From contig DASCPX010000053.1 in assembly GCA_036012755.1 (NCBI GenBank), positions 1-52,910 of the forward strand: a stretch of DNA of 52,910 bases, written 5' to 3'. Both the position numbers and the translations under genes were made by a program. This document shows, piece by piece, positions 1 through 9,267 of the stretch. Numbering within the stretch: position 1 is the stretch's first letter; every line of letters begins with the position of its first letter. Origin of the DNA: Myxococcota bacterium (GTDB taxonomy: Bacteria; Myxococcota_A; UBA796; CAJQPC01). The notes under the pieces are model-generated. The model was not told the origin of the DNA and ran no database searches. It saw only the letters and a list, made by a program, of their open reading frames with translations.

Positions 1-201
1 AAGGCCCCGAGCTCCGCTGACTCGCCCGATGACGCCGCGTAGATCGACCACTGGGAGTCGATGACGAACTCGTCCCCCGGGCAGTCTCCACTGACCAGCT
101 CGACCCGGTACCTCCGAGGGGTATCAGCCCTCGAGAGCCCTCCCCCCAATTGTCGAAATAATCAGCATCAACGCCGTATATCGCCGAACAGCGCCCCACA
201 T
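1..201 (-). pseudogene. Probable secreted protein, frameshifted in a G6 run, running off the left edge
   Basis: Near-perfect SD (AGGAGGTGATC) precedes ATG 201. MWGAVRRYTALMLIISTIGG stops at 124, but removing one G from the run at 142-147 gives ...IGGGLSRA-DTPRRYRVELVSGDCPGDEFVIDSQW with GC3-rich codons. Confidence 0.55.
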
Positions 202-307
202 GATCACCTCCTCTGGGGTCCACCCAGGTGGGCAGAGGATCGCCCCGTGGGCTCCAGGGATCAAGCGAATCGGGGCGGGTTCGTCCACCAGGGACACATC
301 ATGCGAC

Positions 308-1870
308 TCAGTACACGAAGCAGGTGCCACCGTTCACCTGCCCGATCTCGTCGGCGGTCAACAGCTCCAGGTACTCGTCGAAGGGTGTGCCCTTTGCGCT
401 CACCGCCGTGACGGGCTCGCTGTCGGGGTCCTCGTCGCCGTCGTAGTCGACCGCCGCGTCCCAGATGTGCTCGCCGCCGTCGACGGTCACGACGCCGTGG
501 CTGTTGAAGCTCCAGCGCTGCCAGTCCTCCGTGCCCGCGGCTCGGGTCAGGTGGGTCTGGAAGTTGTAGGCCAGCGTCACGTACTCGGCCGGCAGGCCCA
601 GGTGGTTGGCTTCGGAGCTCAGGACACAGGCCAGCGAGTGGCAGTAGAGGTGCACACCGCTGGACCGCGCCAGCCAGTCGCTCATCTCCACCCAGGTGTA
701 GTCCCAGGTGATGTAGCTGCCCTCGAAGCTCGAGTAGGCGGAGTCGGAGGGGTCGTAGACCAGGAAGGGATCCTCGTGGAGCTGGTCCCGCAGATTGTCC
801 ATGAGGGCGAAGTGGTCGTCCGCGGGCAAGCCGGCGACGGCCTCGTTGACCTCGTCCAACACCCCGATCCAGGCCACGTCGGCGGAGGCGTCGATCCAGG
901 CGCCGTCGGGCACGGTGGGCTGACCGGCGAGCACGTAGCGGGCGTGCGTCGTCGTCTCGGAGCCGATGAGAACCGGCGCGCCGTCGATGAGCGCGTAGTA
1001 CTCCAGCGACAGCGAGAACTCCTCGCGCCCGACCACATCCGGGACGGACGAGGTCATCGACCAGGTGCGGGTCTCGCCGGGCTCCCAGGTCTGCAGCCCC
1101 TCGAGCTCCGGACCGCCGACGAGCACGATGGGCGGCTCCAAACCGCCCGCGGTCAGTGCGAGCCCCGTGACCTGGGAGACCGCCTCTGCCCCGAAGCTGA
1201 CGGTCACGTGCGGGACGGTCCCGTAGACCTGCCCCGCCGGCACGTTGTGGCGCTTGCCCGGCGCTTCGGCGCCCCAGGGTGGGACGTCGGGATCGAGCCA
1301 CACCTCCGGCGCTTCCCTGGGCTCTCCCCAGTCATCGTCGAGATCGGCCAGCTCCTCGTCGAAGACGCGCCCGTTTCGGTACTCGGGGATGCCGTCGAGC
1401 TCGGTGATGCCGGGCTGGCCGAGCCCAACCGAGTGGTAGGCCAGCGGCACGCTGTCGGGCCCGCCGAAGTCGATCGCGACGGCTCCGAGGCGAACGACCG
1501 AGACGGGCTGGAGGTTCACGGCGGCGCCGAGCTCTCCACAGTCCACCGTCGCGACGAGGTCGATGCGGCCCGGGTCGAAGGCCAGGCCGTCATCGTCGAG
1601 CCCGTCGAACTCGAACTCTCGGGCCTCTCGCCACTCGGCGTCCTCTTCGAGGATGGTGCGAGTGCGACCGATGTGGTCCTGTGCGTTCAGCTCGTGGGAG
1701 CAGTCCTGGATGGGTCCGCCCGTGAGCAGCACGTCTCCCTCGATGAGCCCACCGAGCTTGGGGTCGAGCACGGTCGTGCTCGGCAGGTTCACGTAGACCG
1801 CGCCCTCCACCAGCGTGGTGCGGATGACCGGGTCGTCGCTGGGCGAGCAGGACAACAGCGCGAAGATCAC
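308..1870 (-). CDS. Lipoprotein with C-terminal putative transglutaminase/papain-like (Cys-His-Asp) domain
   Basis: MIFALLS-C lipobox; start overlaps the upstream stop (GTGA). C-terminal LYCHSLA...FNSHGVV...IWDAA follows the C-H-D order. Confidence 0.65.
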   Translation of the reverse strand: MIFALLSCSPSDDPVIRTTLVEGAVYVNLPSTTVLDPKLGGLIEGDVLLTGGPIQDCSHELNAQDHIGRTRTILEEDAEWREAREFEFDGLDDDGLAFDPGRIDLVATVDCGELGAAVNLQPVSVVRLGAVAIDFGGPDSVPLAYHSVGLGQPGITELDGIPEYRNGRVFDEELADLDDDWGEPREAPEVWLDPDVPPWGAEAPGKRHNVPAGQVYGTVPHVTVSFGAEAVSQVTGLALTAGGLEPPIVLVGGPELEGLQTWEPGETRTWSMTSSVPDVVGREEFSLSLEYYALIDGAPVLIGSETTTHARYVLAGQPTVPDGAWIDASADVAWIGVLDEVNEAVAGLPADDHFALMDNLRDQLHEDPFLVYDPSDSAYSSFEGSYITWDYTWVEMSDWLARSSGVHLYCHSLACVLSSEANHLGLPAEYVTLAYNFQTHLTRAAGTEDWQRWSFNSHGVVTVDGGEHIWDAAVDYDGDEDPDSEPVTAVSAKGTPFDEYLELLTADEIGQVNGGTCFVY

Positions 1871-2982
1871 CGCTCACCTCTGCGGCGCATCCACAACAGC
1901 GCGATGAGCCAGGCGGCGCCTGCCTGAAGTGGGGTGCCGCAGCCGGAGGGTACGGCTTCGTTCTCCGTGATGAGCTCGTCGATGACGCTGGCGTCCGGCC
2001 GCTCGGCTTCGGGGCAGTCGGTGACGTCCGGGTCCCCGTCGTCACAGTCGCCGTCAGCCTCCGTGAGCCCGTCCCCGTCGTCGTCCGAGACCGAGGTGTC
2101 CTCGTCGATCTCGCCGTCGCAGTCGTTGTCGAGGCCGTCCGGGTACTCCGAGAGGTGTCCTCCGACCCAGGGATCACGGTCGTCGCAGTCCCCCTTCTGC
2201 GCGGCCAGGCCGTCGCCGTCGATGTCCTGCCAGGCCGCCGCCTCCTCGGCCAGCGCCACCGCCTCGTCGACTCCAGCGCCGAAGCCGTAGACGAAGACGA
2301 CCTCGACGGTGTCCCCGGCGGAGAGCGAGCCCACAGCGGTCGCCACGCCGATGACGTAGTCCCCTTCGAGCTCTCCGGTGCTCCCGGCGAGCACGCCCGC
2401 TGGATCGAGGCACCAGCTGCAGATGCCACCCTGCCCACCCTCGGATGCCACCGCCAGCGCCTTGTCCATCAGCAGCGAGCCAGACCAGGCGACCCCGGCC
2501 TCCGCCCCGTTGGCGGTCCCGAAGGAACCGTCGAAGAGGTAGTCGGTGTCAGCGTCGACGGTCCGGGACAAGCGCACGTCCTGGAGGTCCTCTGTGGCTG
2601 TCAGGACGAAGGTCGTGTAGAGCACCGGGTGATCGGCGGGCAGGTCGAGCACCAGCTCCAGCGTGGCGCCTGGGAGCTCCACGGAGCCACGCAGGGTCTG
2701 GACGAAGCCGTTGTCTTCGAGACCCGCCCAGGTGACCTCCAGACCGTCACCGTCAGGGATCGAGTTCGTCGCAGAGAAGCTCGAGGCGGTGATCGCCCAG
2801 CTCTCGAAGGCGCGCCCGGGCAAGAGCAGATCAGTGCCGATGGGGTCGCCACCAGGACCGTCCGGGTCGTGGAGGATGCCCAGGGAAGCCTCCTGGTCGA
2901 CCAGGGACCCATCGGAAGCAACACCGACGGCGATCTGGTCACCCCAGAGGGTCGTTGCAGAGGCGAGGGAGAACAACAGCAC
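1867..2982 (-). CDS. Secreted protein with MopE-like Cys/Asp repeats and MYXO-CTERM-like tail
   Basis: MLLFSLASA signal; GDCDDRD..PDGLDNDCDGEIDE repeat; C-terminus SGC-GTPLQAGAAWLIALLWMRRR. Confidence 0.75.
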   Translation of the reverse strand: MLLFSLASATTLWGDQIAVGVASDGSLVDQEASLGILHDPDGPGGDPIGTDLLLPGRAFESWAITASSFSATNSIPDGDGLEVTWAGLEDNGFVQTLRGSVELPGATLELVLDLPADHPVLYTTFVLTATEDLQDVRLSRTVDADTDYLFDGSFGTANGAEAGVAWSGSLLMDKALAVASEGGQGGICSWCLDPAGVLAGSTGELEGDYVIGVATAVGSLSAGDTVEVVFVYGFGAGVDEAVALAEEAAAWQDIDGDGLAAQKGDCDDRDPWVGGHLSEYPDGLDNDCDGEIDEDTSVSDDDGDGLTEADGDCDDGDPDVTDCPEAERPDASVIDELITENEAVPSGCGTPLQAGAAWLIALLWMRRRGER

Positions 2983-2994
2983 GAGGGCGAGAGC

Positions 2995-3879
2995 CTACCC
3001 TCGATCTCGCCTCCACCGCCGCTCGTCTCGGCGGTCCTTGCCCTTCTCGAGGCGACGCTCCAGCCAGGGCAACTCGTCCAGCGCCAGCTCACGCTCGACC
3101 AGCTCCGTGGGATCGGCGAGCGGGTCCTCTTCGTCGAAGTCGGCCTCCGCCATGCCCTCGTCGACCAGGACGAAGTCGAGGCGGACCGGCTCCCCACGGC
3201 GAAGGACCTCTACCCACAGCACACGCTTGGCGCGCAGCCGCATGTAGGCCGTGACCCCATCGGCGTAGCTGCGGATCGTCAGCCCGTTGACGCTCACGAT
3301 GATGTCGCCGTTCTTGAAGCCCGCCTGGTGGAGCACGCTGCCGCACTTCATGCGACCGAGCTTGAAGCCGTAGCGTTCCCCCTCCTCGTCCTTGTTCCAC
3401 CAGGTCGCGGCGAGCTTGTTCGCCTCTGGGACGTGGTTCGCGTAGAAGTAGACGAGGCGATCCTCGACCCGGAAGGCCGTGTCGGCGACCTCGCCGATGT
3501 CGTCGCGATCCGGCTCGCAGGCCCGCTTGGAGCGCCGCCTGGTGCTGCGCCTGGTGCGCTCGATCGCGACCCGCGGAGCTTCGGGCGGGGCCACGGCGTC
3601 GACCAGGACAGGCTCGATGGTCAGCGGCGAGGCGTCGATCGCCACCGCGAGGGTCTCGCCCCTGGCCCCCGAGACCTCGACGATCTCCACCGGAGGCGGC
3701 TCGGGCTCGGGCTCGGGCGGCGGGTAGAGCATCCGGACCTGGCGCTCCGGCTCGGCCTGGACGTCCATGCCCACCACGTCCGCTCCGCTGCCCCACGTGC
3801 TCAGCGCCCAAGGGGCGAAGTAGCCCGACGCGCAGATCGCGACAGCGAAGACAGCTGAGATCGGCCGTGGGGTGTGCAT
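2995..3879 (-). CDS. GspC-like membrane-anchored PDZ protein
   Basis: N-terminal TM, Pro-rich linker, then GFKLGRMKCGSVLHQAGFKNGDIIVSVNG...VEVLRRGEP PDZ signature. TACAAT -10 box at 3896-3901 (minus strand). Confidence 0.7.
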   Translation of the reverse strand: MHTPRPISAVFAVAICASGYFAPWALSTWGSGADVVGMDVQAEPERQVRMLYPPPEPEPEPPPVEIVEVSGARGETLAVAIDASPLTIEPVLVDAVAPPEAPRVAIERTRRSTRRRSKRACEPDRDDIGEVADTAFRVEDRLVYFYANHVPEANKLAATWWNKDEEGERYGFKLGRMKCGSVLHQAGFKNGDIIVSVNGLTIRSYADGVTAYMRLRAKRVLWVEVLRRGEPVRLDFVLVDEGMAEADFDEEDPLADPTELVERELALDELPWLERRLEKGKDRRDERRWRRDRG

Positions 3880-3941
3880 CGGAGGACGAGTGTGGATTGT
3901 ACGAGGATGCCTAAAGTGGAATTCATTGTCAGCATCGAATC

Positions 3942-4475
3942 GTGGCACCGGAGCGCAGCGACGAGCAGTTGATGGACGACTGGCGGTCCGGACGGGACCC
4001 CGCGGCCTTCGAGCACCTCTTCCGGCGGCACGCGCCCCGCATGCGCGGCTACTTCATCAGAAACGGCGTGCGCGGAGAGACCGCCGGCGATCTCGTCCAG
4101 CAGACCTTCCTCCATCTCCACCGCGCCCGAGCCGACTTCCGGGCCGGCAACAAGCTCCGCCCGTGGTTCTACACGATCGCGGCGAACGTCCGGCGAATGC
4201 ACTTCCGGCGAGCAGGACGAAAGCCCGAGGCCGAGTGGAACCCGGACTCACACGGCGAGCCCAGCGTCGGTCCGCTGTCGTCCACGCCGGAGCAGCGCAC
4301 GCTGCGGCGGGCGTTGGACCAGCTCAGAGCCAATCAGCGGGATGTCCTCGTCCTCCACTACTACGAGGAGCTGTCATTCTCAGAGGTCGCCGAGGTCCTC
4401 GGCATCTCCACCTCCGCAGCGAAGGGCCGCGCCCACCGGGCCTACAAGCTGCTCCGCGCACTGTTGGACGAATGA
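3942..4475 (+). CDS. ECF RNA polymerase sigma factor (sigma-70 family)
   Basis: SDEQLM...AFEHLFRRH, DLVQQTFLHL, PWFYTIAAN (region 2); LVLHYYEELSFSEVAEVLGISTSAAKGRAHRA (region 4 HTH). Confidence 0.92.
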   Translation: MAPERSDEQLMDDWRSGRDPAAFEHLFRRHAPRMRGYFIRNGVRGETAGDLVQQTFLHLHRARADFRAGNKLRPWFYTIAANVRRMHFRRAGRKPEAEWNPDSHGEPSVGPLSSTPEQRTLRRALDQLRANQRDVLVLHYYEELSFSEVAEVLGISTSAAKGRAHRAYKLLRALLDE

Positions 4476-4487
4476 AACGATGAGGCC

Positions 4488-5177
4488 ATGCCCGGCATAG
4501 ACAAGGACATGCTCGCCAAGCTCGAGGTCCAGCCTCAAAGCGAGGCCGAGGTCCAGGCCGCCTTCGACGCGGTCCTGGCCAAGGCCCAGCGAGCGCCGAC
4601 CAGGCTGGAGAGACTCCGCCGTCTCCCAGCCCCGATCCGCCTGGGGTTGTGCCTCGCCGTCGGCATCGGCGCGGCCGTGATGATGGTCGCGGTCGCGGGT
4701 GTTCGAGTGGACATCGGCGACATCGATCCGGTCGTGCTGGGCATCGGGGTCACGACCCTGGTCGCCGGCTCCATCCTGGCGATGATCGTCGCCATGAGGG
4801 GGCCCCACCAGCCCGAGCTCGGCAGGCGGGCCTGGATGATCGCCGCGGCGCTGATCGTGGTGCCCGGGCTCAGCCCGCTCGTACCCGGGCTCTGGGAGGG
4901 CATGCCGGGCTCCCCGCCGATCGCCCTGGCCTGCCTTGGCATGGGCTTCGCAGCGGCCTGCCTCGGTGCCGGCGCGCTGTTGCTACTCTCTCGCTGGCAT
5001 GGCACGAGCCTGTCTCGGGTGGTCCTCGTCGGGTCCAGCGGAGGGCTCATGGGCTTCGCCGCCCAGGCGCTCTTCTGCCCCGCCGGGGGCCTCGCCCACC
5101 AGCTGATCCAGCACTCCAGCCTCGCTCTGCTGGCAGCGATCGCCCTGCTCGCAGCCCGGAAGGTGCTCATCCGCTAG
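4488..5177 (+). CDS. Multi-TM anti-sigma factor, NrsF/DUF1109-like
   Basis: Directly after the ECF gene; about 6 TM helices; ACL...LFCP...H...QH Cys/His pattern. Confidence 0.7.
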   Translation: MPGIDKDMLAKLEVQPQSEAEVQAAFDAVLAKAQRAPTRLERLRRLPAPIRLGLCLAVGIGAAVMMVAVAGVRVDIGDIDPVVLGIGVTTLVAGSILAMIVAMRGPHQPELGRRAWMIAAALIVVPGLSPLVPGLWEGMPGSPPIALACLGMGFAAACLGAGALLLLSRWHGTSLSRVVLVGSSGGLMGFAAQALFCPAGGLAHQLIQHSSLALLAAIALLAARKVLIR

Positions 5178-5265
5178 CACATTGGACTATTTAGATCTCT
5201 TGACTTGATTTCGACGCGGCACGATCCGATGACCTCTACGTTCTCATCCCACTTGGAGGACGTGG

Positions 5266-5451
5266 ATGCTCCGGCTCTTGATCGTCGTTGTCTGCAGTTG
5301 GCTCTCACCCGTTGAAGAGGTGGCCACAGACCACGGCTGCAACGTCGTCGACATCAGCGGCTTCGACCGAAACCACGACGGCCGGATCGACCGGGTCGAG
5401 GAGCGCAGCCGGAGCCGCCGCTGTGAAGAGGGCATCGTCCCCTACGCCTGA
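5266..5451 (+). CDS. Small putative exported protein with EF-hand-like DRNHDGRID motif
   Basis: GGAGG SD 6 nt upstream; hydrophobic N-terminus; DxNxDGxID loop. Confidence 0.5.
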   Translation: MLRLLIVVVCSWLSPVEEVATDHGCNVVDISGFDRNHDGRIDRVEERSRSRRCEEGIVPYA

Positions 5452-5525
5452 ACCCGGCGTCCCATCGAGACATCCGTGTCGTGCATCAACAGCGCGCATC
5501 ACGTGATCTCGGCAACTTGGAAGCA

Positions 5526-5541
5526 TGGCACGAGTCCTGCT
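5526..5541 (+). promoter_or_regulatory. Sigma54 (-24/-12) promoter
   Basis: TGGCACG-AGTC-CTGCT with GG-N10-GC spacing, about 40 nt before ATG 5580. Confidence 0.6.
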
Positions 5542-5579
5542 TCCTCTCGGCAGCACAACGCGCAACCTGAGGAGACTCC

Positions 5580-5951
5580 ATGCGCCATCTCACCGCCGCC
5601 GCCCTCTTTCTTACCTCCCTCGCCACGCTGACCGCCTGCGGACCGGCCATCTGCACGGAGATCGCGGTCAGCTCCGTCACCCTCGAACTCTACGACCTCG
5701 ACACGGGCGAGGGAGTCGTCGGCGCCGACGTCCAGTACGCAGTCGACGGTGGCGACTTCGGCCCCTGCAGGAGCTGGGGCGAGGACCACATCTACAACTG
5801 CGGCGTCGAAGAGCCTGGCGCATTCGAGATCGCCGTCGACGCAGAGGGCTACGAGCTGCTCGAGGTCGCCGCCGATGTCGACGAGGACGAGTGCCACGTC
5901 ATCACAGAGGTGCTCGTCGAGGACCTCGTCCCGCTCGCAGAGGCCCGCTAG
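5580..5951 (+). CDS. Lipoprotein, carboxypeptidase-regulatory-like (prealbumin-like) domain
   Basis: GAGGAG SD; canonical MRHLTAAALFLTSLATLTA-C; DLDTGEGVVGADV...PGAFEIAVDAEGYE. Confidence 0.7.
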   Translation: MRHLTAAALFLTSLATLTACGPAICTEIAVSSVTLELYDLDTGEGVVGADVQYAVDGGDFGPCRSWGEDHIYNCGVEEPGAFEIAVDAEGYELLEVAADVDEDECHVITEVLVEDLVPLAEAR

Positions 5952-5966
5952 TGCTAGCCTCCGGGG

Positions 5967-6905
5967 ATGCTGGAGGCGCTGCTCGCCGAGTTCGAGGATC
6001 TCGCTGACGGCCCGGTGCCCTTCTCCCACTGTCAGGAGGGCGAACGCCACGACGTGCACCTGGTGCTCGGTGGCCTCATCCACGGGAACGAGACCGGCTC
6101 GCTGCCCTCCCTGGTCGAGCTCCTGCGCGATCTGCGCTCCGGAGAGCTCGACTTTGGAGGGCGGCTCTCGCTCTTCGTCGGCAACCCCTGGGCAGCGCGA
6201 GCGGGAACCCGCTTCCTGGAAGCCGACCTCAACCGCGTCTTCGTCGACTCCGACCTCGACACGCTGGAGCACCGGCGCGCGAGACAGCTGATGCGCATCC
6301 TCGAGGACGCCGACGTATTCGTCGACCTCCACCAGACCATCCTCCCGACCGAGCAGGCCTTCTACATCTTCCCCTGGGACCAGGAGGGCTGGCGCTGGGC
6401 TCGGGCGCTGGCCGGGGCGCCGGTCTGGGTCACCCGGCCGCCGGGGCGGGCCTTCTCGAGCGGCACGTGCTGCTCGGACGAGTTCGTGCGCAACCGAGGC
6501 GGCGTCGGGCTCACGCTCGAGCTCGGCCAGATGGGCTTCCAGGACGAGGCCGCCTCTCGGGCAGGGCGGGTCATGCGACGGGCGATCGCGCTGGTGGACG
6601 CGGTCGCAGCCGGGACCACGAGCATGGTGGAAGCCAGCGAGGGCATGCCGGAGCTGGACTTCTACAAGACGGTCTTCGCGCCCCCCTTCCCCGACCGCTC
6701 CTGGAGCCTGCGCCCAGGGCTGGTGAACTTCCGCGCCGTGAGCCGCGCCGAGCTCCTCACCGGCCCGGACTCCCCAGAGCTGCGCGCCCCGTGCGACGGC
6801 GTCCTGCTGTTCCCCAAGTACCCCCCGGCGGATCAGCCCCTACCTGGCGAGATCGTTCGGGTTCTGGAGCTGATGGACCAGCATCCGCTGGAGCTATGGG
6901 GCTAG
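5967..6905 (+). CDS. Succinylglutamate desuccinylase/aspartoacylase family (M14-like)
   Basis: GGLIHGNETGS, GNPWA...RFLEADLNRVF, FVDLHQT, TLELGQ motifs. Confidence 0.88.
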   Translation: MLEALLAEFEDLADGPVPFSHCQEGERHDVHLVLGGLIHGNETGSLPSLVELLRDLRSGELDFGGRLSLFVGNPWAARAGTRFLEADLNRVFVDSDLDTLEHRRARQLMRILEDADVFVDLHQTILPTEQAFYIFPWDQEGWRWARALAGAPVWVTRPPGRAFSSGTCCSDEFVRNRGGVGLTLELGQMGFQDEAASRAGRVMRRAIALVDAVAAGTTSMVEASEGMPELDFYKTVFAPPFPDRSWSLRPGLVNFRAVSRAELLTGPDSPELRAPCDGVLLFPKYPPADQPLPGEIVRVLELMDQHPLELWG

Positions 6906-9140
6906 CGCCTCCGCGACGAGCCGCTGCACCAGCTCCGGATCGGCCTGGCCGCGGGTCGCCCTGAGGACCTGTCCGACGAAGAACCCGGCGAGCCCCGTTC
7001 GGCCAGCACGGTAGGCCTCGACCTTGGCCGGATTCTGGGCCACGAGATCCTCGATGATGGGCTGCAAGATCGCGAGATCGGTGATCTTCTTCCAACCGCG
7101 CTCGGCGACGACCGCGTCGGGCTCGATGTCTTCTGCGAGGCACACGCCGAAGAGCTTGCGGGCCAGCTTCGAAGACAGGGTGCCGTCGTCATGCAGCGCC
7201 ACCACCCGCGCCAGGCGCGCCGGGGTGATCGGCAGCTCCTCGATCGGCGTGTCCTTGACGGCCCGCATCAGCTCTCCGGTGACCAGCGAAGCGATGCCCT
7301 TCGGGCTGTCGTGGGCGGCCAGGGCAGCCTCGAAGAAGGCGAGCATCTGGCCGCTCTGGGCGAGGATCTCGGCCTGCTCCCGGGGGAGCCCGCGAGCCTC
7401 CAGCGCCGCGGCGCGCTTGTCCTCGACCGCGCTCAGCGAGCGGGCCTTGGCCTCGCCGGCCTTTCCGACCTTGCGAAGACCAGAGGAGGCCTTCTTCTTG
7501 AAGCTGTCCCGCAGCGGCACGATGCGGTTGAAGACCCCTTCGTCCGGGTCCTTGGCGAAGTAGCCCAGGCGCTCGAACTGGTAGCGGGATCCTGGCTCTA
7601 CGTCGCGGAGGAAGGGCTCGAGCCTGGCCGCGACCACCACCAGGGCGTCGGGGTTGAGGACCTCGAGGAAGTCCTCTTCGGCGTCCGGGCGATCCACCGT
7701 GAACAAGGGCTCGTAGAGGCGGACCTCCGCCGCCACAGCGGTCTCGGCGCTGACCCAGTGCAGGGTGCCGGAGACCTTGCGTCCGTCCGGGGCGTTTCCT
7801 CCCCTGGAGGCGGGGTCGTAGCTGCAGCGCAGCTCGGTCACGACCCCGTCTGCCTCGACGACCTCGTCACAGCGCACCAGGTAGCCATAGCGGAGCCGCA
7901 CTTCGGCGCCGGGGGCCAGTCGCCGCCACTTCTTGGGGGGCTCCTTGGCGAAGTCGGAGCGCTCGATGTAGAGCGTGCCGGAGAACGGCACCCGGCGTGT
8001 CTCGTCCTTTGGCACGTCGTGGGGCCACAGGGGCGCATCCAGCCAGTCGACCTCGCTTGTGGGCCAGTTCGTGATGGTGACCTTCAGCGGGTCGAGCACA
8101 GCCATCACCCGTGGGGCCTCGTGGTTCAGCGCGTCGCGGACGCAGGCATCCAGAGAGGCGGGGTCGACGAGGTTGTCGGCCTTGGCGACTCCGACCCGGG
8201 CGACCCACTCGCGGATGGCCTCCGGGGGAACGCCCTTGCGCCGATATCCGGAGATCGTCGGCATGCGCGGGTCGTCCCAGCCGTCGACGACTCCCTCGTC
8301 CACGAGCCGGATGAGGCGACGCTTCGACAGCATCGTGCCCGCGAGACAGAGCCGCGCCATCTCGTACTGACGCGGAGGCCAGGCGGGGATCGGGCAGTTC
8401 TCGACGAGCCAGTCGTAGATCGCCCGGTTGTCCTGGAACTCCAGGGTGCAGATCGAGTGCGTGATGCGCTCGAAGGCGTCAGAGAGCGGGTGGGCGTAGT
8501 CGTAGAAGGGGTAGATGCACCAGTCGTCGCCCGTGCGCTGGTGGGTCTCGCGGCGGATGCGGTACAGGGGCGGGTCCCGCAGCTTCATGTTCGGGTTCGC
8601 CATGTCGATCTTCGCCCGGAGCGTGCAGTGACCATCCGGGTAGGCGCCTGCGCGCATCTGGTGGAGCTCGCGGAGGTTGTCCTCCGGGCTGGCGTCCCGG
8701 GTCGGGCTCGGGCGACCGGGGGCGTCGATGCCCCCGCGGTACTCGCGGACCTCTGCCTCGTCGAGGAAGCAGACATAGGCCTTGCCCTCGCGAACGAGGT
8801 GCTCGGCGCACTCGAAGAGCCGCTCGAAGTAGTCGCTGGCGTGGAAGAAGTCGTCTCCCCAGTCGAAGCCGAGCCAGCGCACGTCGCGCAGGATTCCGTC
8901 GACGTACTCCTGCTCCTCCTTCTCGGGGTTCGTGTCGTCCATGCGGAGGTGGCACTTGCCGCCGAACTCCGCCGCCATGCCGAAGTCGACGCAGATGGCC
9001 TTGGCGTGGCCGATGTGGAGGTGGCCGTTGGGCTCGGGCGGGAAGCGCGTGATGACCGCGCCTCCGTGCGCCTCGGTGCGGAGGTCCTCGCGGATGACGT
9101 CACGGATGAAGTTCGAACACTCGGTGGTCTTCGGGCTCAC
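6894..9140 (-). CDS. glnS: Glutamine--tRNA ligase with C-terminal GatB/YqeY-like domain
   Basis: TRFPPEPNGHLHIGHAK, DDTNPEKE, THSICTLEF, MLSKR, GWDDPRMPTISG, YQFERLGYF; C-terminal GFFVGQVLRATRGQADP. Confidence 0.96.
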   Translation of the reverse strand: MSPKTTECSNFIRDVIREDLRTEAHGGAVITRFPPEPNGHLHIGHAKAICVDFGMAAEFGGKCHLRMDDTNPEKEEQEYVDGILRDVRWLGFDWGDDFFHASDYFERLFECAEHLVREGKAYVCFLDEAEVREYRGGIDAPGRPSPTRDASPEDNLRELHQMRAGAYPDGHCTLRAKIDMANPNMKLRDPPLYRIRRETHQRTGDDWCIYPFYDYAHPLSDAFERITHSICTLEFQDNRAIYDWLVENCPIPAWPPRQYEMARLCLAGTMLSKRRLIRLVDEGVVDGWDDPRMPTISGYRRKGVPPEAIREWVARVGVAKADNLVDPASLDACVRDALNHEAPRVMAVLDPLKVTITNWPTSEVDWLDAPLWPHDVPKDETRRVPFSGTLYIERSDFAKEPPKKWRRLAPGAEVRLRYGYLVRCDEVVEADGVVTELRCSYDPASRGGNAPDGRKVSGTLHWVSAETAVAAEVRLYEPLFTVDRPDAEEDFLEVLNPDALVVVAARLEPFLRDVEPGSRYQFERLGYFAKDPDEGVFNRIVPLRDSFKKKASSGLRKVGKAGEAKARSLSAVEDKRAAALEARGLPREQAEILAQSGQMLAFFEAALAAHDSPKGIASLVTGELMRAVKDTPIEELPITPARLARVVALHDDGTLSSKLARKLFGVCLAEDIEPDAVVAERGWKKITDLAILQPIIEDLVAQNPAKVEAYRAGRTGLAGFFVGQVLRATRGQADPELVQRLVAEALAP

Positions 9141-9267
9141 GGCTCACCTCGGCCCGTGGACCTAGCTCCCCGGTCGGTCTCCGGCAACGCCTCGCGCTGG
9201 AGATCACAGCGCCCGATCCGCGCTCATGTAGGGCAGGCACGAGCAATCGCAACGAAAGGGAAGAGCC

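Noticed and set aside
9235..9251. Sigma54-like AGGCACG...TCGC upstream of the AAA gene
   Set aside because: GG-N11-GC spacing is wrong.
9141..9267. T-box leader for glnS
   Set aside because: Region too short, shared with a divergent gene, and no T-box consensus.
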